A stretch of 64,000 nt of DNA from Akkermansiaceae bacterium (GTDB lineage: Bacteria; Verrucomicrobiota; Verrucomicrobiia; Verrucomicrobiales; Akkermansiaceae), in the NCBI GenBank assembly GCA_051251915.1, contig JBPOGF010000006.1:32001-96000 (forward strand), given 5' to 3'. Positions 30,995 through 41,622 of this stretch are shown here, in pieces. The translations under genes were made by a program, and so were the position numbers. Every line of letters begins with the position of its first letter. The first letter of the stretch is position 1. The notes beneath the pieces were generated by a model, which had not been told where the DNA came from, ran no database searches, and saw nothing but the letters and a program-made list of their open reading frames with translations.

Positions 30995-31798
30995 ATGATG
31001 AAGAATGTGAAGTGGAACGAGATGCTTAAGGGGCGCTTGGCAGTGTGGCTTGGGGTGATGGTTCTGTTTGTAGGGGTGTATCGTGTGGTTTTTGTGCCTG
31101 ATTTTAGTGGGGTGGGGTCGTTTGAGGCTGTGCGTGTGGGGCATCATCCTGATACTTATTATGCCGTTACGGTTGATCCTAGGGTTGATGATTTTAGGAT
31201 GGTGTGGGGTGATGGGGCTGGTGGGCAGTATGGGAGTATAGGTGGGTGGAAGAAGGCGGTGGAGCGGGAGGGGAAGGAGCTGGTGTTTGCGATGAATGGG
31301 GGGATGTATGAGGCTAGTGGGGCGCCGAAGGGGCTGTATGTTGAGAAGGGAGTTTTGCTGAGAGAGATTGATCTGTTAGAGGAGGGGAAGGGGAATTTTT
31401 ATATGCAGCCTAATGGGGTGTTATTTGTGACTGAGGGTGGTGAAACTGGTGAGGCTGGGATTTGTAGGTCTGGGGAATTTAGACATGTTGAGAATGTGCG
31501 ATACGCTACTCAGTCAGGGCCGATGTTGTTGGTTGATGGTGAGTTTAATGGTCATTTTAGGGAGGGGTCTGATAGCAGGTTTGTTAGGAATGGGGTGGGG
31601 TTGTTAGAGGATGGGAGGTTGGTTTTTGCGATGAGTAAGGTTAAGGTGAATTTTTATGATTTTGCGAGATTCTTTAAGGAGATGGGTTGTAGGGAGGCTT
31701 TGTATTTGGATGGGTATGTTTCTAAGATGTATGCACCTGGTGCTGGGGTTGAGGAGTTGGATGGGGATTTTGGGGTGATGCTGGGAGCGGTGAGGTGA
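30995..31798 (+). CDS. Phosphodiester glycosidase (NAGPA/DUF2233) family protein
   Basis: FAMNGGMY, GNFYMQPNGV, ATQSGPML, RNGVG, ALYLDG. Confidence 0.88.
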   Translation: MMKNVKWNEMLKGRLAVWLGVMVLFVGVYRVVFVPDFSGVGSFEAVRVGHHPDTYYAVTVDPRVDDFRMVWGDGAGGQYGSIGGWKKAVEREGKELVFAMNGGMYEASGAPKGLYVEKGVLLREIDLLEEGKGNFYMQPNGVLFVTEGGETGEAGICRSGEFRHVENVRYATQSGPMLLVDGEFNGHFREGSDSRFVRNGVGLLEDGRLVFAMSKVKVNFYDFARFFKEMGCREALYLDGYVSKMYAPGAGVEELDGDFGVMLGAVR

Positions 31799-31837
31799 TT
31801 TTTCCTGAACTACTAGTCATCAAGCTAGGGATTTTTT

Positions 31838-31917
31838 ACCACGAATCTGCACTAATTTTCACGAATGTTGGACGATGGAACCATTATGAACCGCTGAAGT
31901 CGCTGAAGGACGCTGAA
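31838..31917 (+). repeat. Two triplet-unit short repeats (CACGAAT x3; CGCTGAA x3)
   Basis: ACCACGAAT CTGCACTAAT TTTCACGAAT and ACCGCTGAA GTCGCTGAA GGACGCTGAA between convergent genes. Confidence 0.7.
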
Positions 31918-31948
31918 TTTGTTTGATGGAGCGAAGATTTTGGGTTGT

Positions 31949-31962
31949 TGGAGGTAAGTTTT
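31949..31962 (-). repeat. Dispersed 14-mer, copy 2
   Basis: AAAACTTACCTCCA on the minus strand, intergenic, 1 nt after a stop codon. Confidence 0.8.
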
Positions 31963-31963
31963 T

Positions 31964-32524
31964 CTAGGGGTGGGAGAGGAGGAGGTTTTCTAGGAGGACG
32001 GATTCTTGGATGGTGGAGAGGGTGGTGATTTGGTCTAGGGTTTGGTCTGGGGTGGGGATGGTGAGGTTTTCTTTTTGGATTTGGTGGGTGTCGCGGGGGT
32101 GGATTTGTGCGGGGTTAGGGTAGAGTTTTTCTGTGAGGTGGAGGCAGGCCCAGGCGCGCCAGATTCTGAGTTTGGCGTTGGGTTGGGTCATGTTCATGCG
32201 GGTGGCGAGGTGTTGGAAGTGGCGGACGGGGTTGCCTAGGAATTGGTCAGCAGGGGTGTTCTGGATGATCCAGAGGATGGCGATGTAGGCTTTAGGGAGG
32301 TTTTCTGGGGGTAAGTTTTCTGGGGTGGATGCCATGAAGGATTTGTCTAGCTGGAGGATGGCTTGGGCTGGGGAGCCGGTGCGCCAGAGTGACTGGGCGA
32401 GTTCTAGGCAGGCGGTGAAGTAGTCTGGGCCGCAGGTTTCGCGATGCTCCCGGGTGTGGGTGATGGGGAGGGGGGTGGTGATGGTGGGGAGCTGAGGGCA
32501 GGGTGGATTTGAAAATGGGGACAT
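31964..32524 (-). CDS. Conserved hypothetical protein
   Basis: Minus-strand A/C codon style; LAQSLW...AQAILQLD and FLGNPVRHFQHLATR look like conserved motifs. Confidence 0.75.
   Translation of the reverse strand: MSPFSNPPCPQLPTITTPLPITHTREHRETCGPDYFTACLELAQSLWRTGSPAQAILQLDKSFMASTPENLPPENLPKAYIAILWIIQNTPADQFLGNPVRHFQHLATRMNMTQPNAKLRIWRAWACLHLTEKLYPNPAQIHPRDTHQIQKENLTIPTPDQTLDQITTLSTIQESVLLENLLLSHP
32306..32319 (-). repeat. Dispersed 14-mer, copy 3
   Basis: AAAACTTACCCCCA, sense strand (E-N-L-P-P). Confidence 0.8.
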
Positions 32525-32578
32525 TGGATATTGGTTATTGGTTATTGGATATTGGATATTGGATATTGGTTATTGGAT
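32523..32578 (+). repeat. Heptamer tandem repeat (ATTGGWT) x8
   Basis: Read directly. Confidence 0.95.
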
Positions 32579-32662
32579 GATGAAACGGGTTGTGTGGTTA
32601 GATTGGGCTTGTTTGTGGGGATGATGAGAGTCAGAAGAGGGGGAGTAAAGCTCTAGTTCATT

Positions 32663-33935
32663 TTGGATTCTCAACTGTCATCGTCTAAGCGTTCGTTTTT
32701 ATCCAAGAGGATTTGGATAGGTGTGGTGTTTTTTTTGTTGGCTGCGGCGCCTGGGTTGTGGAATTCGTCTTTGGTGAATATTTTGAGTGCTTATGGTGCG
32801 TTGTGGGTGCTGGATTATACGATGGCTGTGATTCCTGCGATGGCGATTTGTTCTAGTTTGATGTTTGCTTCGCTGGCGGATAGGCGGTATCATGCGCAGA
32901 ATTTATTGGGGGTGCTTTCGCTTTCTGGGGCGGTGTTTTTGTGGTTGTCGTTTTCTAGTTTGGAGTGGGGTTGGAGTCCTTGGTGGTTTATGTTTTTTCA
33001 GGCTTGTAATGCGTTTATTGCGGCGCCTTTGTGGGTGTTGTTGACGAAGGTGGCGTTGGTGCATTGTAGGAATCCGGAGAGGGATTTTCCGTTGTTTAAG
33101 ATTTGGGGGACTGTGGGGTGGTTGTTGGCTGGGGTGTTGGTGAGTTGGTTGGCGCTGGATGCTTCTGCGACTACGGGGAAGATGGCTGGGTATTTGCGGG
33201 TGGTGATAGGGGTGGCGGCGTTTATGATGCCTGAGACTCCGCCGGTGATTAGTGCGCGGAAGTATTCGTTGAGGGAGAAGTTGGGGTTGGGGGCGTTGGT
33301 GTTGTTAGAGAACAGGAAGCTGAAGGTTTATTTTGTGACGACGTTGATTTTTACGATTCCTTTGGCGTCATTTTACTTGTATGCGCCTAAGTTGCTGATG
33401 GAGTTGGCGGCGGTGGATAGGAGTGGGTTTGCGCTGGGGGTGCAGGCTTGGTTGCCGGGGCCGACTGCGCAGATGACGCTGGGGCAGATGACGGAGATTG
33501 GGGCGTTGTTGTTGATGAGTTATCTGGGTGTGCGGGCGCGGGTGAGGATGTTGGTGGCGCTGGCGATGGTGTTAGGGATGTGTCGGTTTGCGTTGTTTGC
33601 GCTGGCGGGGGAGCATGAGTTGTTGGCGTTGATGTGGCTGGGGGTGTCGCTGCATGGGTTGGTGTTTACTTTCTTTTCTGTGACTGGGCAGATGTTTGTG
33701 GATAGGCGGGTGCCGAATGAGATGCGTGCTCAGGCGCAGGCGTTGATGTCACTGATGACTTCAGTGGGGGCGGTGATAGGGCCGTTGGTGGTGGGGCAGT
33801 TGTATCGGCATACGGCGGGGGAGGATTCTGGGCAGGATGGGTGGTATGCTTGGCCGTTGTTTTGGTGGGTGCTGACGGGGGTGGTGTTTTTGTGTTTGGT
33901 GTATTTTGTGAATGGGTATAGGGATCGGGGGAGTG

Positions 33936-33940
<5 letters not shown>
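32663..33940 (+). CDS. MFS transporter, nucleoside:H+ symporter (NupG-like)
   Basis: About 12 hydrophobic segments; LADRRY, FPLFKIWGTVGW, MTLGQMTEI, LHG, RAQAQAL. Confidence 0.85.
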
Positions 33941-36402
<2,462 letters not shown>

Positions 36403-36512
36403 TCAGAGGTCATGGGTTGAGTGGTCATTGGTCTGGGTTGATGGAAATGCGCACACACGAGTTTGAAAAAAACAGACAAGACAAACTGGCAAAGAACTGC
36501 TATTGTGTAGTT

Positions 36513-36731
36513 ATGAGAGAAAGGATAACGTTTAATTCTAAACAGTGTGGAGGGCGTCCTTGTATACGTGGAATGCGGATACGAGTGCAGGATGTGCTTA
36601 GTATGCTGGCTTCAGGGATGACTCAGGAAGAGATCTTAGAGGATTATGATTATCTCGAAGCTGATGATATTATTGCGTGTCTTGAGTATGCTGCTGCGGA
36701 AATGGCTCATCCTGTTTTAGTAGCTCAGTGA
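36513..36731 (+). CDS. DUF433 antitoxin
   Basis: RITFN...CGGRPCIRGMRIRVQDVL...DIIACLEYAA. Confidence 0.9.
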   Translation: MRERITFNSKQCGGRPCIRGMRIRVQDVLSMLASGMTQEEILEDYDYLEADDIIACLEYAAAEMAHPVLVAQ

Positions 36732-37063
36732 AGATAGAGTTTATAGTAGATGCACAGCTGCCTGTGGCTCTTGCAAAAGCGATATGTGATGAGGGTTATA
36801 AGGCGGAGCATGTAGCTAGGGCTTTGCAGTTAGATGCTGAGGACGCAGAGATATGGGAACTGGCTGGGCGTGAGTCATTGGTGATAATTAGTAAGGATGA
36901 TGATTTTGCTAAACGTTTAAAGCAAGTGAAAGTGGCTCCTGTAGTGGTGTGGGTGAGGGTTGGTAATGTTCGAAATAAGGTTTTAATTGATTGGTTTAGG
37001 GAGTTGTTACCACAGGTGGTAGAGTTGATTAATCAAGGTGAAGTTCTTATAGAAATCCGTTAA
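36728..37063 (+). CDS. DUF5615 PIN-like toxin (VapC45-like)
   Basis: FIVDAQLP, DAEIWE, IISKDDDF, RVGN; GTGA overlap with DUF433. Confidence 0.88.
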   Translation: MKIEFIVDAQLPVALAKAICDEGYKAEHVARALQLDAEDAEIWELAGRESLVIISKDDDFAKRLKQVKVAPVVVWVRVGNVRNKVLIDWFRELLPQVVELINQGEVLIEIR

Positions 37064-37155
37064 GCAGGGTTCTTTTTTTTGAGTGTAGATGGGGGGTGGT
37101 TATTTAACACTTCTTGGAGGTTGCTTTTGTGGGGGGGAGTGGGTAGCTGTTTGGC

Positions 37156-37593
37156 ATGACTGATACACAACTTGGGATTATTGTTGGGGGGCTGGTGCCG
37201 GCTTTGCTTTTTGGTATTGCGGGGATATGCCAGAAGCTTAGTAATCAGCATGGGATAAGCACGGGGGCTTATGTGCTGAGTGTGGGGATAGGTGTGGTGT
37301 TGGTGGGGGTGGCGCTGTGTCTGTGGAATACTTCTCAGACAGTGAGTGTGAAGGCTGTGATTCCTGCGGTGGCGATGGGTTTGTGCTGGGGGGCTGGTAT
37401 TGTTTTGGTGGCGATGGCGATTAGTAACTATAAGACTACGTTGTCGGTTCTGGCTCCGCTTTATAATATGAATACGCTGGTGACGGTGGTGGGGGCGTTG
37501 TTTATTTTTTCTGAGTGGAAGGATGTGAATGTGGTGAGGTTGATTATGGGGTCTGTTTTGATTGTGGCTGGAGGGGTGTTGGTTTCTTCTTAG
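37156..37593 (+). CDS. EamA/DMT-like small membrane transporter
   Basis: Five hydrophobic segments, ...FSEWKDV... end. Confidence 0.7.
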   Translation: MTDTQLGIIVGGLVPALLFGIAGICQKLSNQHGISTGAYVLSVGIGVVLVGVALCLWNTSQTVSVKAVIPAVAMGLCWGAGIVLVAMAISNYKTTLSVLAPLYNMNTLVTVVGALFIFSEWKDVNVVRLIMGSVLIVAGGVLVSS

Positions 37594-37670
37594 GTTTTCT
37601 GGAGAATGAATTAACCTGGGTTGATATGTTTATTATTCATTGACACGGTTACTTATTTTCATAGTGTTTT

Positions 37671-38351
37671 ATGCCTATGAAAGATATAAAAACTCTTATT
37701 GTTACATCTTCATTGATGTTTTGTTCGGTGTCCTCTGCTGTAAATGTGATTTATGATTGGCAACCTGCTGGTGATCAAGGTCTTCAGGGGTGGACTACTA
37801 TTTATTCTGATCCTGCGAATGCTAGTTTCACAGGCTATGCCTTTGCAGACTATGATGATCAGCTTGGTTCTCCTCAAGTGGCTTCGTCTCAGGATGCTGC
37901 TCATACTACTCTTCTTGTGGAGAGTCCTGAATTTGGTATCACTGCAACAAGCGCTATTTCGTTTGTTCTTATCGAGGGGCAGCCACAGGTTGCTCTTGTT
38001 TCAAATTTTAGTGATCTACCTACTACATCAAGTAACACTGATGGGTACATAGGCTTAGCTCTTCAGCGGGTTTCTGATGGTGCCTATCTTCTTGATCAAG
38101 GTAGGACGGCTAATGGTAATAGTGGTAACCCTCAAACTTTCGGATGGACTAGTGGCGACCTCGCTACTGCTACAGCAGGTGATCTAGCTACTGAAACCTA
38201 CACGCTTCATCTTATCGATTATAAGCATGGTGGGTGGGGACATGTAGGACTTGAGTCAGCTAGTCTTACCGATGTAATCCCAGTACCGGAGCCATCTGCA
38301 TCAATGTTAGGACTGCTCGGTATGGTGGCTTTTCTACGACGTAAACGTTAG
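37671..38351 (+). CDS. PEP-CTERM surface protein
   Basis: Signal peptide; VPEPSASMLGLLGMVAFLRRKR; TTGACA-16-TAGTGT upstream (37640-37667). Confidence 0.92.
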   Translation: MPMKDIKTLIVTSSLMFCSVSSAVNVIYDWQPAGDQGLQGWTTIYSDPANASFTGYAFADYDDQLGSPQVASSQDAAHTTLLVESPEFGITATSAISFVLIEGQPQVALVSNFSDLPTTSSNTDGYIGLALQRVSDGAYLLDQGRTANGNSGNPQTFGWTSGDLATATAGDLATETYTLHLIDYKHGGWGHVGLESASLTDVIPVPEPSASMLGLLGMVAFLRRKR

Positions 38352-38387
38352 TTGAAGTGAGCTGATAGCATATAACTATTTTATACT

Positions 38388-38419
38388 AAGGACGATTCTA
38401 TTGGGGTCGTTCTTTTTTT
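38388..38419 (+). terminator. Intrinsic terminator
   Basis: AAGGACGA...TCGTTCTT stem plus T run. Confidence 0.65.
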
Positions 38420-38476
38420 ATTTGTGGGGGCTAAGTTTTTGCTTTTGTGGTTCGTTGTGTATGTAGCTCTTTTGTT

Positions 38477-39316
38477 ATGATAGGATTTTTTGGTAAATTG
38501 ATTGTTTTTTGGATGTTATTTTCTTCTTCGGCTTATGCTAAACAGTCAGAGGTGGGGGTGGCTTTGACTGAATTTCTGGAAGTAAATAGAGCTAAGGAGA
38601 TCACAGAGGTTCCTAAGGAAATTAGAGATCTTAAGGTGACTTATTTATTCCGCTTTTCGTCTAAGCCTTTGTTGCCGACTGAAGGGGATGAAGACGTTTT
38701 TGTGCTTTTTTTGAAGAGTGGGAAATTTAGCTATAGGTATCTTTTTAGTGTGGAGGAAAGACGGTGGGATAGGAGTAAGAGTTATTCTGTTGAAGAGGTG
38801 TTAGAGGTGAAGAAAATTGTTGAGTATGCTGTTCATGAGATAGAAGGGTCTGGCATTAGGATTCTGTCTCACTATTTTAAAAAGCTACCTCCAAAAGGTC
38901 TAGAGGCGCCAGCAGGGACAACAAAGGTTAAAACGATGGAGGATTATGAAAACTTAGTGATGGCACAGAGGAGGTTTGAGAGTGAAGCGATGTATAGTTC
39001 TGAGCAACTTGTGTTGCTGCGGAAGCTTTTTCCGGGTGAGTCTGTGTCAGAAGAGGAGGCGGGTAGGTTGCTGTTGTTTAAGGGGAGAGGTCTGGGTGAT
39101 TTTGTGAGTATGTATGGTTTTCCTGCGCTTACTCGGGTGCATTATAATCTGAGGAAGATTGATGGAGGTTTGGTTATTTGGCGATATGCTTTTAAAGGAA
39201 GTATTGTTTTTGAGTTGGGTTTAAAGCGGTCTGAGACTGGTATTGTGATAGGGAGGTGTTATTTTTTTGATCTTGATGATCCTAGGAGAGTTATTGAAAT
39301 GAATGAATTGAAGTAG
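38477..39316 (+). CDS. Secreted hypothetical protein
   Basis: Long ORF with signal-like end SSSAYA; no recognised family. Confidence 0.65.
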   Translation: MIGFFGKLIVFWMLFSSSAYAKQSEVGVALTEFLEVNRAKEITEVPKEIRDLKVTYLFRFSSKPLLPTEGDEDVFVLFLKSGKFSYRYLFSVEERRWDRSKSYSVEEVLEVKKIVEYAVHEIEGSGIRILSHYFKKLPPKGLEAPAGTTKVKTMEDYENLVMAQRRFESEAMYSSEQLVLLRKLFPGESVSEEEAGRLLLFKGRGLGDFVSMYGFPALTRVHYNLRKIDGGLVIWRYAFKGSIVFELGLKRSETGIVIGRCYFFDLDDPRRVIEMNELK

Positions 39317-39334
39317 GTCTGACTGGTGGGCTTA

Positions 39335-39349
39335 CCGACCGGAGGTCGG
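39335..39349. repeat. REP-like GC hairpin CCGACC-GGA-GGTCGG
   Basis: Perfect 6-bp stem between convergent genes. Confidence 0.45.
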
Positions 39350-39363
39350 AGGCACGGGGAGGA

Positions 39364-39510
39364 TTAGCTGAATTTTATGTTTACTAGGAGCCAGGCTAGG
39401 GCGAATGTGGCTGCTGTGATGAGGAGGGTTTTGGTGATGAATAGGATGGTGTCTAGGGGGTAGTTTGGTGGGGGTTCTAGGGTGTCGTTGTCTTGTTGTT
39501 GTTTGGTCAT
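39364..39510 (-). CDS. Small (48 aa) single-TM protein
   Basis: MTKQQQ...ILFITKTLLITAATFALAWLLV; minus-strand codon style. Confidence 0.5.
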   Translation of the reverse strand: MTKQQQDNDTLEPPPNYPLDTILFITKTLLITAATFALAWLLVNIKFS

Positions 39511-39570
39511 GGGATGTGGGGTGTTGGGATGTGGGGTGTTGGGATGTGGGGTGTTGGGATGTTGGGTGTT
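39511..39570 (+). repeat. 15-mer tandem repeat GGGATGTGGGGTGTT x3 plus one variant
   Basis: Read directly. Confidence 0.95.
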
Positions 39571-39575
39571 GGGCG

Positions 39576-41045
39576 TTAGACTCTGAGGAATACTTTTTTG
39601 CGGTACATGATAAAGAGGATGGTCCACCAGGTGAGGATGAAGGCGATGGTGGTGATGAGGGGTTGGTATTGTATTTTGTAGAAGTGGTCGATGGTGCCGG
39701 CGAAGAGTTTGTTGCTGGTTTCTTGGATGTTGAATAGCTTGAGGGCCATGTAGATGGTGATGGAGTTCATGCCGATGACGATGAAGAAGAAGGCCCAGTG
39801 CCAGAAGCCGATGGCGTCCATGATGAGGTAGAATGCGCCTAGGAGCATGAGGCTCCAGCCTAGGGTGTGGAGGACGAATGTGGGGCTCCAGAAGCTTTTG
39901 CTGATGATCATGTGGGGTTCTAGGTAGATGGAGGCGTAGTAGAATGCGACGCCTGAGGCTCCGAGCATGATGGCTTTGAGGAATTTGTTCCAGGTGGATC
40001 TGGTTAGGAATGATCCGGTGAGTGAGCCGATGATGGCGACGACGGCTCCTGAGATGGGGAGGAAGAGGCCTTCTGGGTCGAAGTTAGGGGTGTAGAGTTT
40101 CCAGGGGATCCATTGGCGGTCGATGTAGCCGGTGAAGACTCCTTCTGGGGTGAGGACTCCGGGGCCGTGGCCGGGGACGTTGATGAACATGAGTGCGGCG
40201 TAGTATCCGCCGAGGAGGCCGAGTGCCCAGATGATGCGGTGTTTTACGTCTGAGTAGATGAAGATGAGGCCGGCGATGAAGTAGGAGATGCCGATGAATC
40301 CGAGTACGCTGAAGAGGCGGGTTTCTGCGAGGGGCTTGAGGTCGAGCCCGCCGTTGTAGATGATGCCTAGGAGGATGAGGAGGAGGGCTCGGATGGAGAT
40401 TTTTCCGAGGAGGGAGGCTTTTGAGGCGCCGTTGTCTATTTTCTTTCCTAGTGAGATGGGCATGGAGACGCCTGCTAGGAAGAGGAAGAGGGGGAAGATG
40501 AGGTCGTAGAAGGTGAAGCCTGCCCAAGTGGAGTGCTGTAGCTGGGTGGTGGCCCATTGGAGCCATGGCCAGTCGAAGAGTTTGGCTAGCTGGAGGAGGA
40601 GGATGTTTCCGCCTACGATCCAGAACATGTCGAAGCCACGGAGGGCGTCTACTGAGTGGATGCGTTCTGTGGTGGTGGGTGTGTTTGGGTGAGTTTTGGG
40701 TACAGGGACTGGTGCGGGCGAAGGGTATTCCACATCTACGGGTTGGAGGCCGTGGTGTTCTACGGTTTCGTATTCTGGTTGAGTTCTTTGTCCGAAGTGT
40801 TGGGGGCTGGGCTGTGGCACGGTGTCAGCGTCAAGGTAGATGTCTGGTGCGGGCTGATCATTGGTGCCTTGGAGGAGGGGTTCGAAAAGTGGTTCTTTGA
40901 CGATGGATGCGGTTGTGTTGTTGGTGGGTTCATCGAGACGGATTTCTGGTGCTATTTGTGTTTCCACGGGAGGTTGTGGAGTAGGGGGTGTAGCGTCTGA
41001 GTTGTCAGTAGGCTCGATGTTTTCTGGTAGGGGGTTCAACGACAT
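39576..41045 (-). CDS. DUF5009/HGSNAT-like membrane acyltransferase with Pro-rich N-terminal extension
   Basis: RIHSVDALRGFDMFWI, TFYDLIFPLFLF, FDPEG, VIGMNSI. Confidence 0.88.
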   Translation of the reverse strand: MSLNPLPENIEPTDNSDATPPTPQPPVETQIAPEIRLDEPTNNTTASIVKEPLFEPLLQGTNDQPAPDIYLDADTVPQPSPQHFGQRTQPEYETVEHHGLQPVDVEYPSPAPVPVPKTHPNTPTTTERIHSVDALRGFDMFWIVGGNILLLQLAKLFDWPWLQWATTQLQHSTWAGFTFYDLIFPLFLFLAGVSMPISLGKKIDNGASKASLLGKISIRALLLILLGIIYNGGLDLKPLAETRLFSVLGFIGISYFIAGLIFIYSDVKHRIIWALGLLGGYYAALMFINVPGHGPGVLTPEGVFTGYIDRQWIPWKLYTPNFDPEGLFLPISGAVVAIIGSLTGSFLTRSTWNKFLKAIMLGASGVAFYYASIYLEPHMIISKSFWSPTFVLHTLGWSLMLLGAFYLIMDAIGFWHWAFFFIVIGMNSITIYMALKLFNIQETSNKLFAGTIDHFYKIQYQPLITTIAFILTWWTILFIMYRKKVFLRV

Positions 41046-41144
41046 GGTTACTAGTTTAGTGACAAGTAGTTGGATGTGCCAATCAGAAAATTTACAATCT
41101 GGATGTTATTGGTGGCGGATCTGGTGGGCTGAGGGTATAAAGAA

Positions 41145-41507
41145 TTAGATTTCGTAGAGGATGTTTTCGCTGGTGGATGCGTCGCGGTTGAGTTTATCGC
41201 AGACGAGTCGGCACATTTCTAGGACGATGACTTCGCTGATGGAGTAGATGACTTGGTTGCCGGATTTTTTGCGTTGTAGGAGGTCTGCATCGAAGAGGGT
41301 TTTTAGTTGTTTTGAGACATTGGCTTGGGAGGTGTCTAGTTTGTCGACGAGCTGTCCTACGCTGCATGGGCCGTCTTTGAGTTCGCGGAGGATGAGGAGT
41401 CTGGTGGTCTCGGACATGGCTTTGAAGATGCGAGATACTCGTTCTAGTTGTTCGCGCCCTAGCGCGTCACTGTTGGTTTGAGTTGTGCTGTTTGATTTAC
41501 TTGCCAT
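41145..41507 (-). CDS. ArsR/SmtB-family transcriptional regulator
   Basis: FKAMSETTRLLIL, SQANVSKQLKTL, IYSI winged HTH. Confidence 0.92.
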   Translation of the reverse strand: MASKSNSTTQTNSDALGREQLERVSRIFKAMSETTRLLILRELKDGPCSVGQLVDKLDTSQANVSKQLKTLFDADLLQRKKSGNQVIYSISEVIVLEMCRLVCDKLNRDASTSENILYEI

Positions 41508-41622
41508 GGAATTAAATTACTACGTTTTAAGAGGGTTCGCAATTCAGAAATGTTGTCATGTTAGGAATATGGCTAAGTAGTTATGTGGGGAGCGGATTAA
41601 AAAAATGAAGATGTGAGTAGGA

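Noticed and set aside
31949..31962. 14-mer read as a Shine-Dalgarno (GGAGG) or splice-donor-like (GGTAAGT) signal
   Set aside because: Copies are not positioned before start codons and flanking genes are uninterrupted; the resemblance is treated as coincidence.
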